A stretch of 64,000 nucleotides of DNA from Octopus vulgaris (lineage: Eukaryota): contig OX597817.1 of assembly GCA_951406725.2 (NCBI GenBank), forward strand, positions 29,016,001 through 29,080,000, read 5' to 3'. Of this stretch, positions 1 through 12,980 are shown one piece after another; positions within the stretch are counted from its first letter, which is position 1, and each line of letters starts with the position of its first letter. The position numbers and the translations under genes are program-made. Under the pieces are notes generated by a model that was not told where the DNA came from, searched no databases, and saw only the letters and a list, made by a program, of their open reading frames with translations.

Positions 1-2016
1 TTTTTTTGTACATTCTTAGTTTGCAGTTACTTCAAGTAGCATGGGGTATGGAGAGAGAACATGTAAACTATTTAGATAAATTAACACCTCTTTTGCAATA
101 TTAAGCTAAAATATGCTGAAAGAAACAAATGCCACAAGAAATATCCATGCAGCCTTAAAAAACAAGACAAATTGGATTGTTTTAGATATGTCATTGTGAA
201 AAGTGCTATGACTCATAATTATGTCCCAATTCTCAAGAAAATGCAGTGAGTTTGCACATCAGACTAGAATACCAATTTGCAGATTTTTGATTCAAGGCAA
301 TGGCTAAAGATTAAAGTGTAAGTCTTTTGAGTAAATTCCTAATAGCTTTTAGCCCTTAAGTTAATTAATAATGCGGTTTCTCTTGTAGTAACAACAGATA
401 CCAGCAACAGATAAGGGATTGCAAAACAAATTCATTTCATACAGTTTGCAAATTATTCTTTATTTACATACTGCATCATTCACACACATGCGTGTGCATG
501 TGTCGTAATCATTATCTGTCTTCTTTCCAAGATGGTATGAATTGGATAGATTGCTATAGATATAGTCAGCACATCTTTGAAGACATTGCTTGCTGAGATG
601 GATCAGAAGACCATGCCCTGCTTATGTATTTTGTTCTTGGATTTGTTTCTATGGCTGGATTCCCTTCCTTAACACCAACAACTATAAAGAGTGTGCTGGA
701 TATGTTTTTCATGGCAGCAGCACTTGAGCAGTAGGTGTGTCCTTGATGTGACTAAAGGCACCTCACAATCCCACATCGTTGCTCCCTCACCAACCTCTTT
801 ACAGCTGGAAAGGCATGAAAGACAGTGATAAGAGTGGTGTGTGATATTGGGGGACTGATAAGGGTACTCAGTAAATGCCAACATGTAGAATTCTTGTTGC
901 TGTACCAATTATTTCTTTGTTGTAAGTTGTACAAAATTAAATGATATCTACCAATATAAACAATTATATAAACTCTTCATGATAGAAGTGGACATTTTAA
1001 TGTTCACTTTCCATGCTTGCACAGGTTAAAATTGAATTTACTGAGGAAGATTTTTTATGGCTAAATGCTCTTTCTGTCACCAACCCTCATCTGTTTCCAG
1101 ATAAGGTAACATTACCCCTTGGCCAGACATGTTTTCATGGAGGATTGGAAGGAAATAATGTATACTATTTGTGTGACAGTGACACTTGCTTACAACTATC
1201 ATGTGATGTCAAGATAAAGAAACACCAACATAAACTCACACATACACGTATGTGTGTACGCGTGGTAGGTTGCTTTCAGTTTCTGTCTTCTAAAGTCACT
1301 CACAAGGCTTTAGTCAGCCTGGGACTATAGACGAAAAACACTTGTTCAAAGTGTCACACTGTGGGAATGAATCTGAAACAATGTAATTGAGAAGCAAGTA
1401 AAATATATGGGTGTACTGTAGTACTGAAATCAGTACTGAAAGCCAAAGGTATGTTTACCTATTCAATAAATCTTTAATATCAATGAGTTGTTCCTATAGA
1501 ATTGCAGCTCAGTGCACCAGACAATTCAGAGGTATGTTTTTTAGTCATACTAAAGTTATGTGCCAGGGGAAAAAGATTCAGTCAGTTGCCCGGAATTGTG
1601 TCAAATCAGCTGTCCACATGTCAAACAGATCTGATGCAAGCAAAAAAATAAGGAAAATATAATGAAAAAAAAAAAAAATTACTCGATATATTAAATTAGT
1701 AAAACTACTGGAAATTTAAATCTTAAAAAACAAGTTACTTATTTTTATCTTGTACATCAAATAGAAAAAAAAATATAACAGAAAAAAATCAATGGCTTGC
1801 AACTTAATTTCTTTTACTTAAATGAAGGAAATTGTTCAATAGCATTCTATCTAATCTTAAACCTATCAATCAATCTAACTTGCAGACCTGTCTTCAATCT
1901 GATTGCAGACTCATACAGTTCTCCATGGAGTATAGTACAGTTTACTAATTTAAAGATAAAATATTTTTAAAGCAATACAGCTATAGTTTAGTTTCTTTTA
2001 TAGGTGCAGGAGTATA

Positions 2017-2414
2017 GGCGCAGGAGTGGCTGTGTGGTAAGTAGCTTGCTAACCAACCACATGGTTCCGGGTTCAGTCCCACTGCGTGGCATCTTGGGCA
2101 AGTGTCTTCTGCTATAGCCCCGGGCCGACCAATGCCTTGTGAGTGGATTTGGTAGACGGAAACTGAAAAGAAGCCCGTCGTATATATGTATATATATATA
2201 TATATATGTCTGTGTTTGTCCCCCTAGCATTGCTTGACAACCAATGCAGGTGTGTCTACATCCCCGTCACTTAGCGGTTCGGCAAAAGAGACCGATAGAA
2301 TAAGTACTGGGCTTACAAAGAATAAGTCCCGGGGTCGATTTGCTCGACTAAAAGGTGGTGCTCCAGCATGGCCGCAGTCAATTGACTGAAACAAGTAAAA
2401 GAGTAAAGAGAGTA
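2017..2414 (+). mobile_element. tRNA-derived SINE, family A
   Basis: Head ggcgcaggagtggctgtgtggtaag (A box) / gggttcagtccc (B box), internal (TA)n, tail gactgaaacaagtaaaagagta; near-identical to about 10 other copies in the window. Confidence 0.9.
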
Positions 2415-3300
2415 TATTTCAACTGTATAATAAATTGATTTCATGAAGAGCTTTTGATATTTACATTATTGCAAATACAACAAAACACACAAGTAACATT
2501 GTCTGGGAAGCAGAGGTTCTCCCCTCTTAAAAAAATTACTTGATCAACTCATCATGGAATTATTAACTTAAAATTAACTTCTTTTCCAAACCATGAAATG
2601 TATGGTTTCTTTTACGTGGTTTAGGATAAGATAAGCGCTTGAAAAATCTCGCATTATACCTCAGATATCCATCTCTTAATACATACAAACCTATGTTTAT
2701 ATATATTTCTTTTAGGCATTTGTACAAAATTCTAAATTCACTGATTCACAATATGTGAATCAGTGAATTTAGATGTGTTACAGCAATTGAAGAGGAATAA
2801 ATCGAGTTTGATTCATTGGATATGTTGTGTTAACTTGCAAGATATGTTAAGTGACACTGAAACCAGAAAGCAACTGGGCATTAAACTCAGCAGTTGAATG
2901 CAAGACAGATGATTATGCTGGTTTAGAAATATAAATCATAGTCTCTTCTCTCTCTCTCTCTATTAATGTAGATCCATTTCAACTGATTTTACCGTTCAGT
3001 TTTGCGCATGATGAAAGTTTGACGAAAATCCTTATCCCAGCACTTGTCATATGGGCTGGTAGGAAGAGTATGGTTATGCCTATTGATAAAATTAGCTAAA
3101 ATGGATCTATAATGCTGCACCTCATAGATATTAATAAACCCACTCTGTTATCAGTGCCTACTTTTTCTGGTTTAGAATTCTTAGACAACTAACTGTCATT
3201 GTGTACATGTGTGTTAGTGTATGTATATGTGTGCTTGTGTGTTTTCTGTGTGTATGTGTCTAAATATATATATATATATATATATATAATCTAAATAATA

Positions 3301-3706
3301 GGCGCAGGAGTGGCTGTGTGGTAAGTAGAACCAACCACTGTGTGGTAAGTAGAACCAACCACATGGTTCCGGGTTCAGTCCCACTGCGTGGCAACTTGGG
3401 CAAGTGTCTTTTACTATAGCCTCGGGCCAACCAAAGCCTTGTGAGTGGATTTGGTAGACAGAAACTGAAAGAAGCCTGTCGTTATGTATGTGTGTGTATA
3501 TGTTTGTGTGTCTGTGTTTGTCCCTCTAGCATTGCTTGACAACCGATGCTGGTGTGTTTACGTCCCCGTTACTTAGCGGTTCGGCAAAAGAAACCAATAG
3601 AATAAGTACTGGGCTTACAAAGAATAAGTCCCGGGGTCGATTTGTTCAACTAAAGGCGGTGCTCCAGCATGGCCGCAGTCAAATGACTGAAACAAGTAAA
3701 AGAGTA
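3301..3706 (+). mobile_element. SINE family A with internal ~23-bp head duplication
   Basis: Same consensus; tgtgtggtaagtagaaccaaccac repeated twice in head. Confidence 0.9.
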
Positions 3707-4140
3707 ATAAGACAAAGAAATCCTTTAACATATCTTTAATGAATTGTTACAATTGTTTCTGCTCCAACTCTGCTTGCATCACCAGTTTACATAATATTTG
3801 AAGTGAAAATTTACATAATATTTGCAGTTTTAGACATTAGAATGGCATTTCATCAGGAGGCTATGTTTTCATCGGCGTTGGTTTGTCTGTCTGTCTGTGT
3901 GTAAAATAACTCAAAAAGTTGTGAATGGTATTTGATGTGTAACAGAGTATGAAATAAACAAATAATGAGTGAGAAAGAATCAATTTTTTTAGATATTCTA
4001 AATGGGGAAAGATGACTGTTGATGATCATTCAATTTACTATAAATATTTTTCCTCTCTCTGCTTTGCTGACGGTGAAATAAAGTAATTCCAAAATGCAAC
4101 ATTTGCAAGATTTCCTCAGATTATTGTTACATAACAGATA

Positions 4141-4545
4141 GGCGCGGAGTGGCTGTGTGGTAAGTAGCTTGCTAACCAACCACATGGTTGCGGGTTCAGT
4201 CCCACTGCGTGGCATCTTGGGCAAGTGTCTTCTGCTATAACCTCGGGCCGACCAATGCCTTGTGAGTGGATTTGGTAGACAGAAACTGAAAGAAGCCTGT
4301 CGTATATATGTATATATATATGTGTGTGTGTTTGTGTGTCTGTGTTTGTCCCCCTAGCATTGCTTGACAACTGATGCTGGTGTGTTTACGTCCCCGTCAC
4401 TTAGCAGTTCGGCAAAAGAGACCGATAGAATAAGTACTGGGCTTACAAAGAATAAGTCCCGGGGTCGATTTGCTTGACTAAAGGCGGTGCTCCAGCATGG
4501 CCGCAGTCAAATGACTGAAACAAGTAAAAGAATAAAAGAAAGAAT
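4141..4545 (+). mobile_element. SINE family A
   Basis: Same consensus head, body and tail. Confidence 0.9.
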
Positions 4546-5268
4546 ACTGAATGTCATTTTCCAGTTTTTTTATGTCATGCCTTAGTAAATATGAAGCTAA
4601 TAGATCTTTAGCAGAGATTTGTGGTTTGGTTCCCACAAAAGCGAATTCTTTGTGTATGATGCTTATTTAACTCGTGGTCAAATTTATCCCATTTGTTATT
4701 TGAAGAAGCTATTACAGCTCCTTTTCTCAAAAGTTCTTGTTGACTGTGATATCTTAATAGGTTTGTCAATATAGTGTTTAATGGTGAAGAGTGGTGATAA
4801 TTGTAAAAAAGTTTTTTATGTTGTACATCTACTACTCAGCTAAACAATCTATATGATCCAAAGTATTGTACAATATCAGAAAAAGTTAAGAACATATAAC
4901 AAATTTACAAAATAATAGATAGAAAGCTTCAAAGAAAAGTAGGTTTGTAGGTTTTTAGTTTCATTTTAAAGTCTGAAATTTTCAAAGATTCTTTAACCTT
5001 TTAGTGTTAAAGAATCTTAGACCAGCCAAAACCAGCTAAAAATGATTGCTGTTTATTTGTTTGAACCAGCCAAATCCAACCATATCTGATTCCTCTATGA
5101 AATTGCTAAAACAATATACAAATCATATTATTGAATTCTTATAGCTTTAAGATAATGTCAGATAAAGCCTTTCCCACCTTTATTCAAGTAAAAATACTGT
5201 GAAGTTTTTGAGACTTTTTTTTTTTTTTCAACATTTGAAGAAAAGTGTACATCTTAGTTATTAACGAT

Positions 5269-5725
5269 ATGGCATCAGCAAGTAGCGATTCCAACTTTGA
5301 AGATTTTATTCTTGATGATGTACAAAATATAAACAAAAACAACAGTGATTTGTCTTTGGACAAATCTGATATTGATACTTATGAATCTTCATTGGATGAG
5401 GAAGATTTTGATAATGAAAGTGATAAAAATGATATTGAAAACATTACATCAACCTCACACAGTTCCTAATTTCACAGAAAAGACCAGTCCACTACACAGT
5501 CTACCTCCCGATGCTCAGCCATTAGACTATTTATTTTTATTGTAAAGTTTTTTTGAAACCCTTGCAGAAGAAACAAATAAATATGCTCAATGCATAATTT
5601 ATTCATGCTTGACCTGATCCATTATGGCAGCCACCTGATACTGCAGAAATGCAAGCTTTTTTACTATAAACATTATGTTTGGTATCAAACAGCTTTCTCA
5701 GTTGTGGAACTACTGGAGTCCTGAT
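5269..5725 (+). pseudogene. piggyBac/PGBD transposase N-terminal relic
   Basis: Acidic Ser/Asp-rich start, then with frameshifts and stops PNFTEKTSP..QPLDYLFLL*..LAEETNKYAQ..PLWQPPDTAEMQAF, matching the PGBD N-terminal pattern. Confidence 0.75.
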
Positions 5726-6124
5726 ATAAGGTGTGGTGATCCATATATCTCCAGCATATCTAGTTAATTCATATACCTCTGCCACAAAAGGACTACTTCC
5801 ATTTGAAGTTTTGGGTTGACATTGCATCTTAGTTATGTGAAGGCTTTTCTTCCAGAAAGCACAGAACTGTGAGAAAAGCAAAATTAATTGGACGTCAACA
5901 AAGGAAATGTTTCGTTTTTATATTTGTTTTTCAAGATGGTTTATGTGAATTCATGTGTTGAAGCATATTTTATTGTGTCTGGGGAGAGTCATTCTGTTTT
6001 AATGCCTTATTAATTAACACACTCACCGGTATGATTTACACTCGTTAATTTATTTTTTTCTAAATTTTTGCAACCCCTTCAATAGTCGTTGACTCTGTCC
6101 ATTATCAGAGCTGTGTTCATTTTG

Positions 6125-6560
6125 TTTGTTTGTGTGCATGTGTGTGTCAGTGTGCTTGTGTATACATGTATGTATGCATATGTGTGCGTATGCATATATA
6201 TATATATATATATATGCATGTGTGTATGTTTGTATGTATGTATTCTGCATATTCATGTGTTTATGTGTGTGTATGTATGTATTTGTGTGTGCATGTTTCA
6301 GTGTGTCTATATGTATGGGTTTGTGTGACTATGTACATGTGTCTGTTATGTATCAATGTGTGTCTCCATATGTGTCCTTGTGTGTGTGTGTGACGTGTGC
6401 ATGTCTGTATAAGGTCATGTGTTTCAGTCTTTTGTGTATGTGTGCGTGCTTGTCTGTTTGTATTACCTATGTATCTATCTCCTTATTTACATATCCCTTT
6501 ACCTACTTATATATATACATCTATGTAACAGTTTACTAACAAATCTACCTGTGTATGTAT
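6125..6560. repeat. Degenerate (TG/TA)n low-complexity tract
   Basis: Visible compound microsatellite. Confidence 0.9.
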
Positions 6561-6569
6561 AAACTATGG

Positions 6570-7595
6570 GTATTGGGGTCTCATTATATTCTATGTATAT
6601 CTCCTATTTAGTACTGGGTATGTTTTATTTATGGGGGACATACTCCTGTATGTGGTGCTTGGATAAAATGTGAATGCCAAGTCGACCTGGTGTGCCTCCA
6701 TGTTGGTCTTTGACATGTTGGTTGAGTAAGGAGGACTGTTTTTGCTGTCATATTGTTTCAAATGTTCATTTAATCTCTTCACAATGCTTCTAGATGTCTC
6801 ACCAATATGTCATGTCCTTCTCTTTACATGCACCCTCTATGCACCTTATGCTGTAGACTACATCTCTAGTTCTACAGTTAATACCAAGGTTAATCTTACA
6901 TATCATGCAGATCTCATTGGTGTATGTGGTATTCTCAAAGGGGTACGCCCTACATAGTTGTGATCTGATGGAGCTCCCTGGCTTTTCAACAATCTTGATG
7001 TTGAGCTTGGCCTTCTTAAGAGCTTTCCTAAATCTTCAGGGTATTTCTCCATAGGCTGTGGCCTCTACAAACATCACTCCTTGATATTTGTCGGCCTTGT
7101 ACCATGTGTCCACCCTATCTGCTTTGTCACAAATTCTTTGTGTCCTGTTCCAGTCTTTACTTCTGTTTCTAGGGCAGGTGCCACTGGTTTCATTACATAT
7201 GATGCTATCTAATGATAGTATTATATGTAATGGATACTCTGTAATATGATACAGAGAATTTGTGACAAAGTAAACAGCATGAACACATGGTACAAGGCCT
7301 ACAAATTTCAAGGAGTGATGTTTACAGTGGCCAGAGCCCATGGAGAACTACCCTGAAAATTTAGGAAAGCTCTGAAGGAGGTCAAACACAACATCGAGAT
7401 CGTTGAAAAACCAGGGAGCTCCATCAGATCACAGTTGTGTAGGACATACTCCTTTGAGACTACCACATGCACCAATGATAACTATATAGTATGTAAGATT
7501 AACCCTGGCATTAACTGTAGAACTTGAAATGTAGACTACAGCATAACGTGCATAGAGGGTGATTATAAAGACAAGGACATGACATACATTGGTAT
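6570..7595. mobile_element. Penelope-like element GIY-YIG endonuclease fragments as two inverted copies
   Basis: Minus arm translates, with a frameshift, to CRTRDVVYSIRCIEGACKEKDMT-YIG-ETSRSIVKRLNEHL; plus arm 7250-7595 is a diverged reverse complement ending MTYIG. Confidence 0.8.
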
Positions 7596-8844
7596 ATAAG
7601 CACCCACTGACAAAATTTCAAATCTGCATCTAAAAAAAAGAAAAAAGTTACAAACAAATATTGTGGACACTCCTCTTGAACGTGAATAATTCAAAATAAC
7701 GTGAACAAATAATCATTACATTTGTCACATTAATCTGAACACTAAAGGGTTAAATAAAGCAGGGTGTTCAACACATTCGGTGAGATGTTTTCGACCACAG
7801 TACCATAACATGAATATAGAATTTTGTTTGAAATCTTTCAGAAATTATAACAGTTCATGCTACATGTCAGAAATCTAGTACCTTCCAAATATTTTTTATA
7901 TTAATTCAGATTTTTCAGCAATTGCTATTTTTAGTATAATGTGCAGTAAAAGATTCACACACTTTCTTAAGAACCAGATAAGCTCAGAATTCCCCTTGAG
8001 AAAATCTGGCTTAGATAATCTTAAGTTTATCTCATTACAAGCTGTTTTTTTACCTCCTGTTGTTTTGCATTTTGCTAGTCTTCTTAACACTTCAGTTTAG
8101 ATTACAGAATGAGACCAATTTCATTTTCTTATTGCTGTTTTTATTATCAAACTTTTATTTAATGTTGCTTGCCTTTTCAATTTCATTGTCAAACTTCAGA
8201 AAGATATCCTGTAATTGCAACTCAAAATACAACCACTCACATTCATACAAGTGCATGTATGTAAATTATATCTCAGACTATACTGAATTTTTATGCAATA
8301 AATAACTGATACAAACATTTAAGTTGTCATAAAGAAAAACAACACAATACCAATTAGAAAATAACTTTTGTAAAAATTTTGTAACATACTTCATGTAATA
8401 TTCTACACAGTTTTCAATGCCCCATTTAACAATATATCTGGTTTATTGCCAATTTAGAAAATTGTAGTGCAAGAACATTTTCATTAATCAAATTACTTTA
8501 GCATTTCCGTTAGCTATAATTTGAAAAGTGATGTATTCAATATGTAACACTATGGCATCTCCATGACTTTTTCTGATTGTCTGGTTGCTTTTCTGCCTTC
8601 ATATCCTCAATGGCCATTTCACCTGTATACCTGTAGGTTGCAATAGCTTCTTCCTGCATTGGGTCCACATATAACTTTATGTTTTCACATATAGCCAGAT
8701 TTACTATCTGGTCACTTCTCCACAGTGTTCATCAGGTAAGTTCATATGCAGTCGGAGTTGTTCATTGATTTGAATATGGGTGTCTATAGGGATTTTTTTT
8801 ACACCAGTTGTGCATGCATGTATATATGTACATGCGTGTATTCT

Positions 8845-9307
8845 TTAATTCCTTTACTGGTTTCAGTCATTTGATGGGGATCATGCTAGAGCACCGCCTT
8901 TAGTTGAACAAATCAGTCCCAGGACTTATTCTTCATAAACCTAGTACTTATTCTATTGATCTCTTCTGCTGAAGTGACAAATTACGGGGATACCAACATC
9001 AGTTGTCAAGCAATGGTGGGGGGAAAAACTTGATGGTGGCGAGTTCGCAGAAACGTTAGCACGCCGGGCAAAATGCTTAACGGTATTTCGTCTGCCGCTA
9101 CGTTCTGAGTTCAAATTCCGCCGAGGTCGACTTTGCTTTTCATCCTTTCGGGGTCGATAAATTAAGTACCAGTTATGCACTGGGGTCGATATAATCGACT
9201 TAATCCGTTTGTCTGTCCTTGTTTGTCCTCTCTGTGTTTAGCCCCTTGTGGATAGTAAAGAAATAGGTGGGGGGGGGGAACGCAGACACACAAACTTATA
9301 CATACAT

Positions 9308-9348
<41 letters not shown>

Positions 9349-9705
9349 AAAGAGGTGAGAATCGAAATCCTTCAAAGGGATGTCGGGAATCCAATTCTAC
9401 TGCTACAATCCAAGCAAAGAATATATATAATTATATATTCAGTATTTGCAAAATCAATAGATGAAGTATAAGGAAAGGAAAAAATATATAGGTGTAGACG
9501 ATCTTTAATTCAAATCTAAGCTGGTTCAAAACCAATATATATAAGACAGGCTTCTTTCAGTTTCCATCTACTAAATCCACTCACAAGGCTTTGGTCAGCC
9601 TGAGGCTATAGTAGAAGACACTTGCCCAAGGTGCCAGGCGGGGAGACTGAACCTGGAACCATGTGGTTGGGAAGCAAGCTTCTTACCACACAACTATGCC
9701 TGTGT
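8845..9705 (-). mobile_element. SINE family A, interrupted by nested insertions
   Basis: Tail at ~8845-9020 and head at ~9545-9705, separated by a family B copy and another insert. Confidence 0.8.
9034..9265 (+). mobile_element. tRNA-derived SINE, family B (Nin/Deu-like central domain)
   Basis: ggcgagttcgcagaaacgttagc...gagttcaaattcc...tttcatcctttcggggtcgataaattaagtaccag; multiple copies in window. Confidence 0.8.
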
Positions 9706-9724
9706 GTGTATATATATATATTTT

Positions 9725-9928
9725 AATTTCTTGATTGCCTGCAAAGAGCTAAACATAGAGAGGACAAACAAGGACAGACAAAGGGATTAAGTCGATTACA
9801 TCAACCCCAGTGCGTAACTGGTACTTAATTTATTGACCCCGAAAGGATGAAAGGCAAAGTCGACCTCAGCGGAATTTGAACTCAGAACGTAACGGTAGAT
9901 GAAATACGGCTATGCATTTCGCCCAGCT
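9725..9928 (-). mobile_element. SINE family B
   Basis: Reverse complement of the 9034 copy. Confidence 0.8.
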
Positions 9929-10010
9929 AAATATATATGATTGTGAATGCATGTGTGCTTATATTTAGTTGATCCCTTCTACTCACATTCTTGTTTCACA
10001 AATATATATA

Positions 10011-10374
10011 TATACGACCACTATATCGCTCTACCACCGCTCATGTCTCTCTGAGACATTTAGAAATTCAATATTTCTAATTTCGGTGATCAGTAAATAA
10101 ATTTTACTGATAATATGATATATTTGCAAGGAGGTTGCAGTCATCTCAGCGAGTGAGGCAGGCTACACTGAGCTGACGACGAGCAATACACTTAGAAACA
10201 TATGTCTTCAGGTGCTTTGTCCCAGCTTGCGGGGGTGATTGCCTCCCCATTGCAAATATAAGGACACAGAAAATGTGTCAAAGCTGACAGGAGACGTCGA
10301 TGTTTCCTAGGGCTAAATGGCGGTGGTGTAATTCCCTTACGGGACTGTCACATTGAGTTGACAGTATACGACCA
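10011..10374 (+). mobile_element. Structured HHR-bearing short element (retrozyme-like), copy 1
   Basis: tatacgacca direct repeat at both ends (354-nt period); long hairpin 10119-10260 capped by an HHR; four 3' hairpins shared with 15378-15625. Confidence 0.65.
10166..10214 (+). ncRNA. Minimal type-I hammerhead ribozyme motif
   Basis: ctgag-CTGACGA-cgag caataca ctta-GAAAC-atat-GTC^-ttcag; helix I pairs, palindromic helix III loop, one helix II mismatch; predicted cut after C10206. Confidence 0.7.
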
Positions 10375-12576
10375 TTGTCAACTATAAATATATATATATA
10401 TATCGCAGCTAGCATTGCTACTTCATATAACATATATTGTTCTATGCTTACATATACAAGATAATCTCTATTCTGCTGGTACTATGATTAAATGTACTCA
10501 AATACAGTCTGTAAAGTTACTGGTATAGAAGCGCATCCAAGTATAGAAACTATGCCGTAAAATAGACTGTAAGAGTGAAGCATGGTCTCTGACCACTCTA
10601 TGAGTGCAGTAACTCTGAATAACATATATATATGTTTATTTATATATTTGATGTAAACTATCTCTTATTTCATATCTCACACTTTTCATTATTAATTTTA
10701 ACTCTCAAAGCATAATGATGAAATATATTCTTACATGAGTTATATGCTCCAGCAGACATATTCATAGAGCACAAGTGTATATCAGAATTATAGATAAAAT
10801 TTCTCATGATTCACCACATAGTTTACATGAAAAAAAAAAACTTGAAGACATTGTAATGGCAGTCTAACAGAATGGAGAAATAAATAATAGAGAAATAGAG
10901 AAAGATTCATGTATTTCTAATGTTTTCTTGGGCAGACATCATGTATTACTTATTAATAAAGATAAACAGTCACCGTTATGATTGATGAGTAGAGGAATAC
11001 ATGTCTACATACAGGGATACACTGACAGACGTCTTTCTTTCTTCACATTAATCTATTGTCACTAATGTAACGATAGTTTAAAATTGCTCAGAATTAGGTA
11101 TAATTGTTGTTGGGTGGTGGTGGTCATGGCAGTGTTGATGACAGCGGCCAACATCAGCAAATGTACTTTGTAATTTTCTTGAAAGTTGCAACTGAGTATT
11201 TTGTCTTTCAGTTGAAGGACTTTTTGTCAAGAAGATTGTTTTGCAGCATGTGTATTTATTTATTTATTTTTGTGGGGTTTTGTAAAAAAAAAAACAAAAA
11301 AAACCATTGTACTGATTCACCATGGGAATGTATAAACGTGTAACCATTTGTTTATATTCTTATTTTTACTGACACATCTGGGGGTTCTTTAGTGGAACAA
11401 TCCTGAATTTTGTTGTTTCCACTGCAAATTTAGATCTTGCTTAAAGCAATGAATCATATTGTTTCAAATAACACATATTTTCTCTACTTAACCCCAAAAC
11501 TACTGGACTGGCAACAGCAGCTTCAGGACAATACAGAAACTGCAAAATTGACAAAAGCAGTAGAAGTATTGTATAAGGAAAAAAAAAATCATACGATTAT
11601 TAAAAAAAAATAGCTTATTGAATTCAAAGTATATCTGTAAAAAAATAGCATCCCAGAGTAAAAAGAGAAAAAAATCTTCTAAATGATATTTAGAAAATAT
11701 TAGTGTTTTATTTTCCTTTTCTTTTCTCTTTTCTTCCTCTTACATTTTTCCATATTTGAGCAACTCCAAATGTTTAAAGATGGATTTTTGGCAAACTTGC
11801 CTACCCTGTCCCCTTCTCTGAAATCACATTGGTTGCTCGTCATTTTCATTTTTTTTCTTTTTTTCGCTCTTTTTCTCATTTAACAACTTTGGTTGAATAA
11901 TATAGCTTGTTTTTCATTTAGATACACTGAAGTTTTTGGGAAACATTTGAATTTGCTTGTTATTACTTCTCTCTTAAATTGTATGTTACAAGAATAGCAG
12001 TTATGTACAAAACACAACATTTTAGAATAATATTCATTTAATGGTTTCTTTTTGACAACTATTCTGTGTTTTACTTGAGAAAGAACTAAGTTCTTACCGT
12101 CAGCAGGGTTCTAGCTCTCAATATTTAATAGTATTAGTACTTGTAGTGATGGTGGCAATAGTTTCAGGTGTGTTTTAAAAATAGCCTATTCCAAATAATA
12201 GGAGTCTAGTTACTTTATTCAGTTATTAATATACTTGTCAACTACACAGTAATAGCCATTTTGGCTCATATTTTAAAACTCTGCATCTCTGCATCCTTAC
12301 ATTTATTCTAGAAGTTACAGCTGATTTACATTTTACAAAAATGTCAAGGGTTCCAGTTATGTGTAGGAGACTTGTGACTTTGTTGCTCTGTTTGACATAT
12401 AATAGCATATGTTCTAGCATATTCAGGTAAAAAGAAACACATAAAACCATAATACAGTATTCAGTACTGTTCAGTAGAAAAGTGTCCACTCATTTTTTCA
12501 AATAGAAATAAACCATATGAATGAAATATGGTCTCTACAAGCCACATTGTAAGCTACCTGTTTTGGAAGTTGGTAA

Positions 12577-12980
12577 TATTCTTTTCTACTCTAGGCACAA
12601 GGCCTGAAATTTTGGAGGAATGGGCCAGTCAATTAGATCGACCCTACTATGCAACTGGTACTTAATTTATCGACCTCAAAAGGATGAAAAGCGAAGTTAA
12701 CCTTGGCAGAATTTGAACACAGAACGTAAAGACAGACGAAATACCTATTTCTTTACTACCCACAAGGAGCTAAACACAGAGGGAACAAACAAGGACAGAC
12801 AAACAGATTAAGTCGATTATATCGACCCCAGTGTGTAACTGGTACTTATTTAATCGACCCCGAAAGGATGAAAGGCAAAGTCGACCTCAGTGGAATTTGA
12901 ACTCAGAACGTAAAGACAGACGAAATACTGCTAAGCATTTCACCCAGTGTTCTAGCTTCTCTGCCAGTTTGCTGCCTTTG
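12577..12980 (-). mobile_element. Two tandem SINE family B copies
   Basis: Repeated aactggtactta..tcgacc..aaggatgaaa..gaatttgaac.cagaacgtaaagacagacgaaatac. Confidence 0.8.

Larger units (their letters stand above)
4997..7749 (+). mobile_element. Non-autonomous piggyBac-like element with nested insertions
   Basis: TTAA at 4993-96 and 7750-53; termini ccttttagtgtt / aacactaaaggg; encloses a transposase N-terminal relic. Confidence 0.7.

Noticed and set aside
1500-1531. Possible 32-nt exon (tag|aattg...gag|gtatgt)
   Set aside because: No recognisable protein similarity; such AG..GT pairs are expected by chance (likewise 283-317 and 13821+)
1988-2230. Recurrent ORF 'FSFRLPNPLTRHWSARGYSRRHLPK' (also 14069, 25850, 28144, 38712, 59605)
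   Set aside because: Antisense reading of SINE family A, not a gene family
5245-5469. Acidic 74-aa ORF as a host gene
   Set aside because: Lies inside piggyBac TIRs and continues by frameshift into transposase motifs
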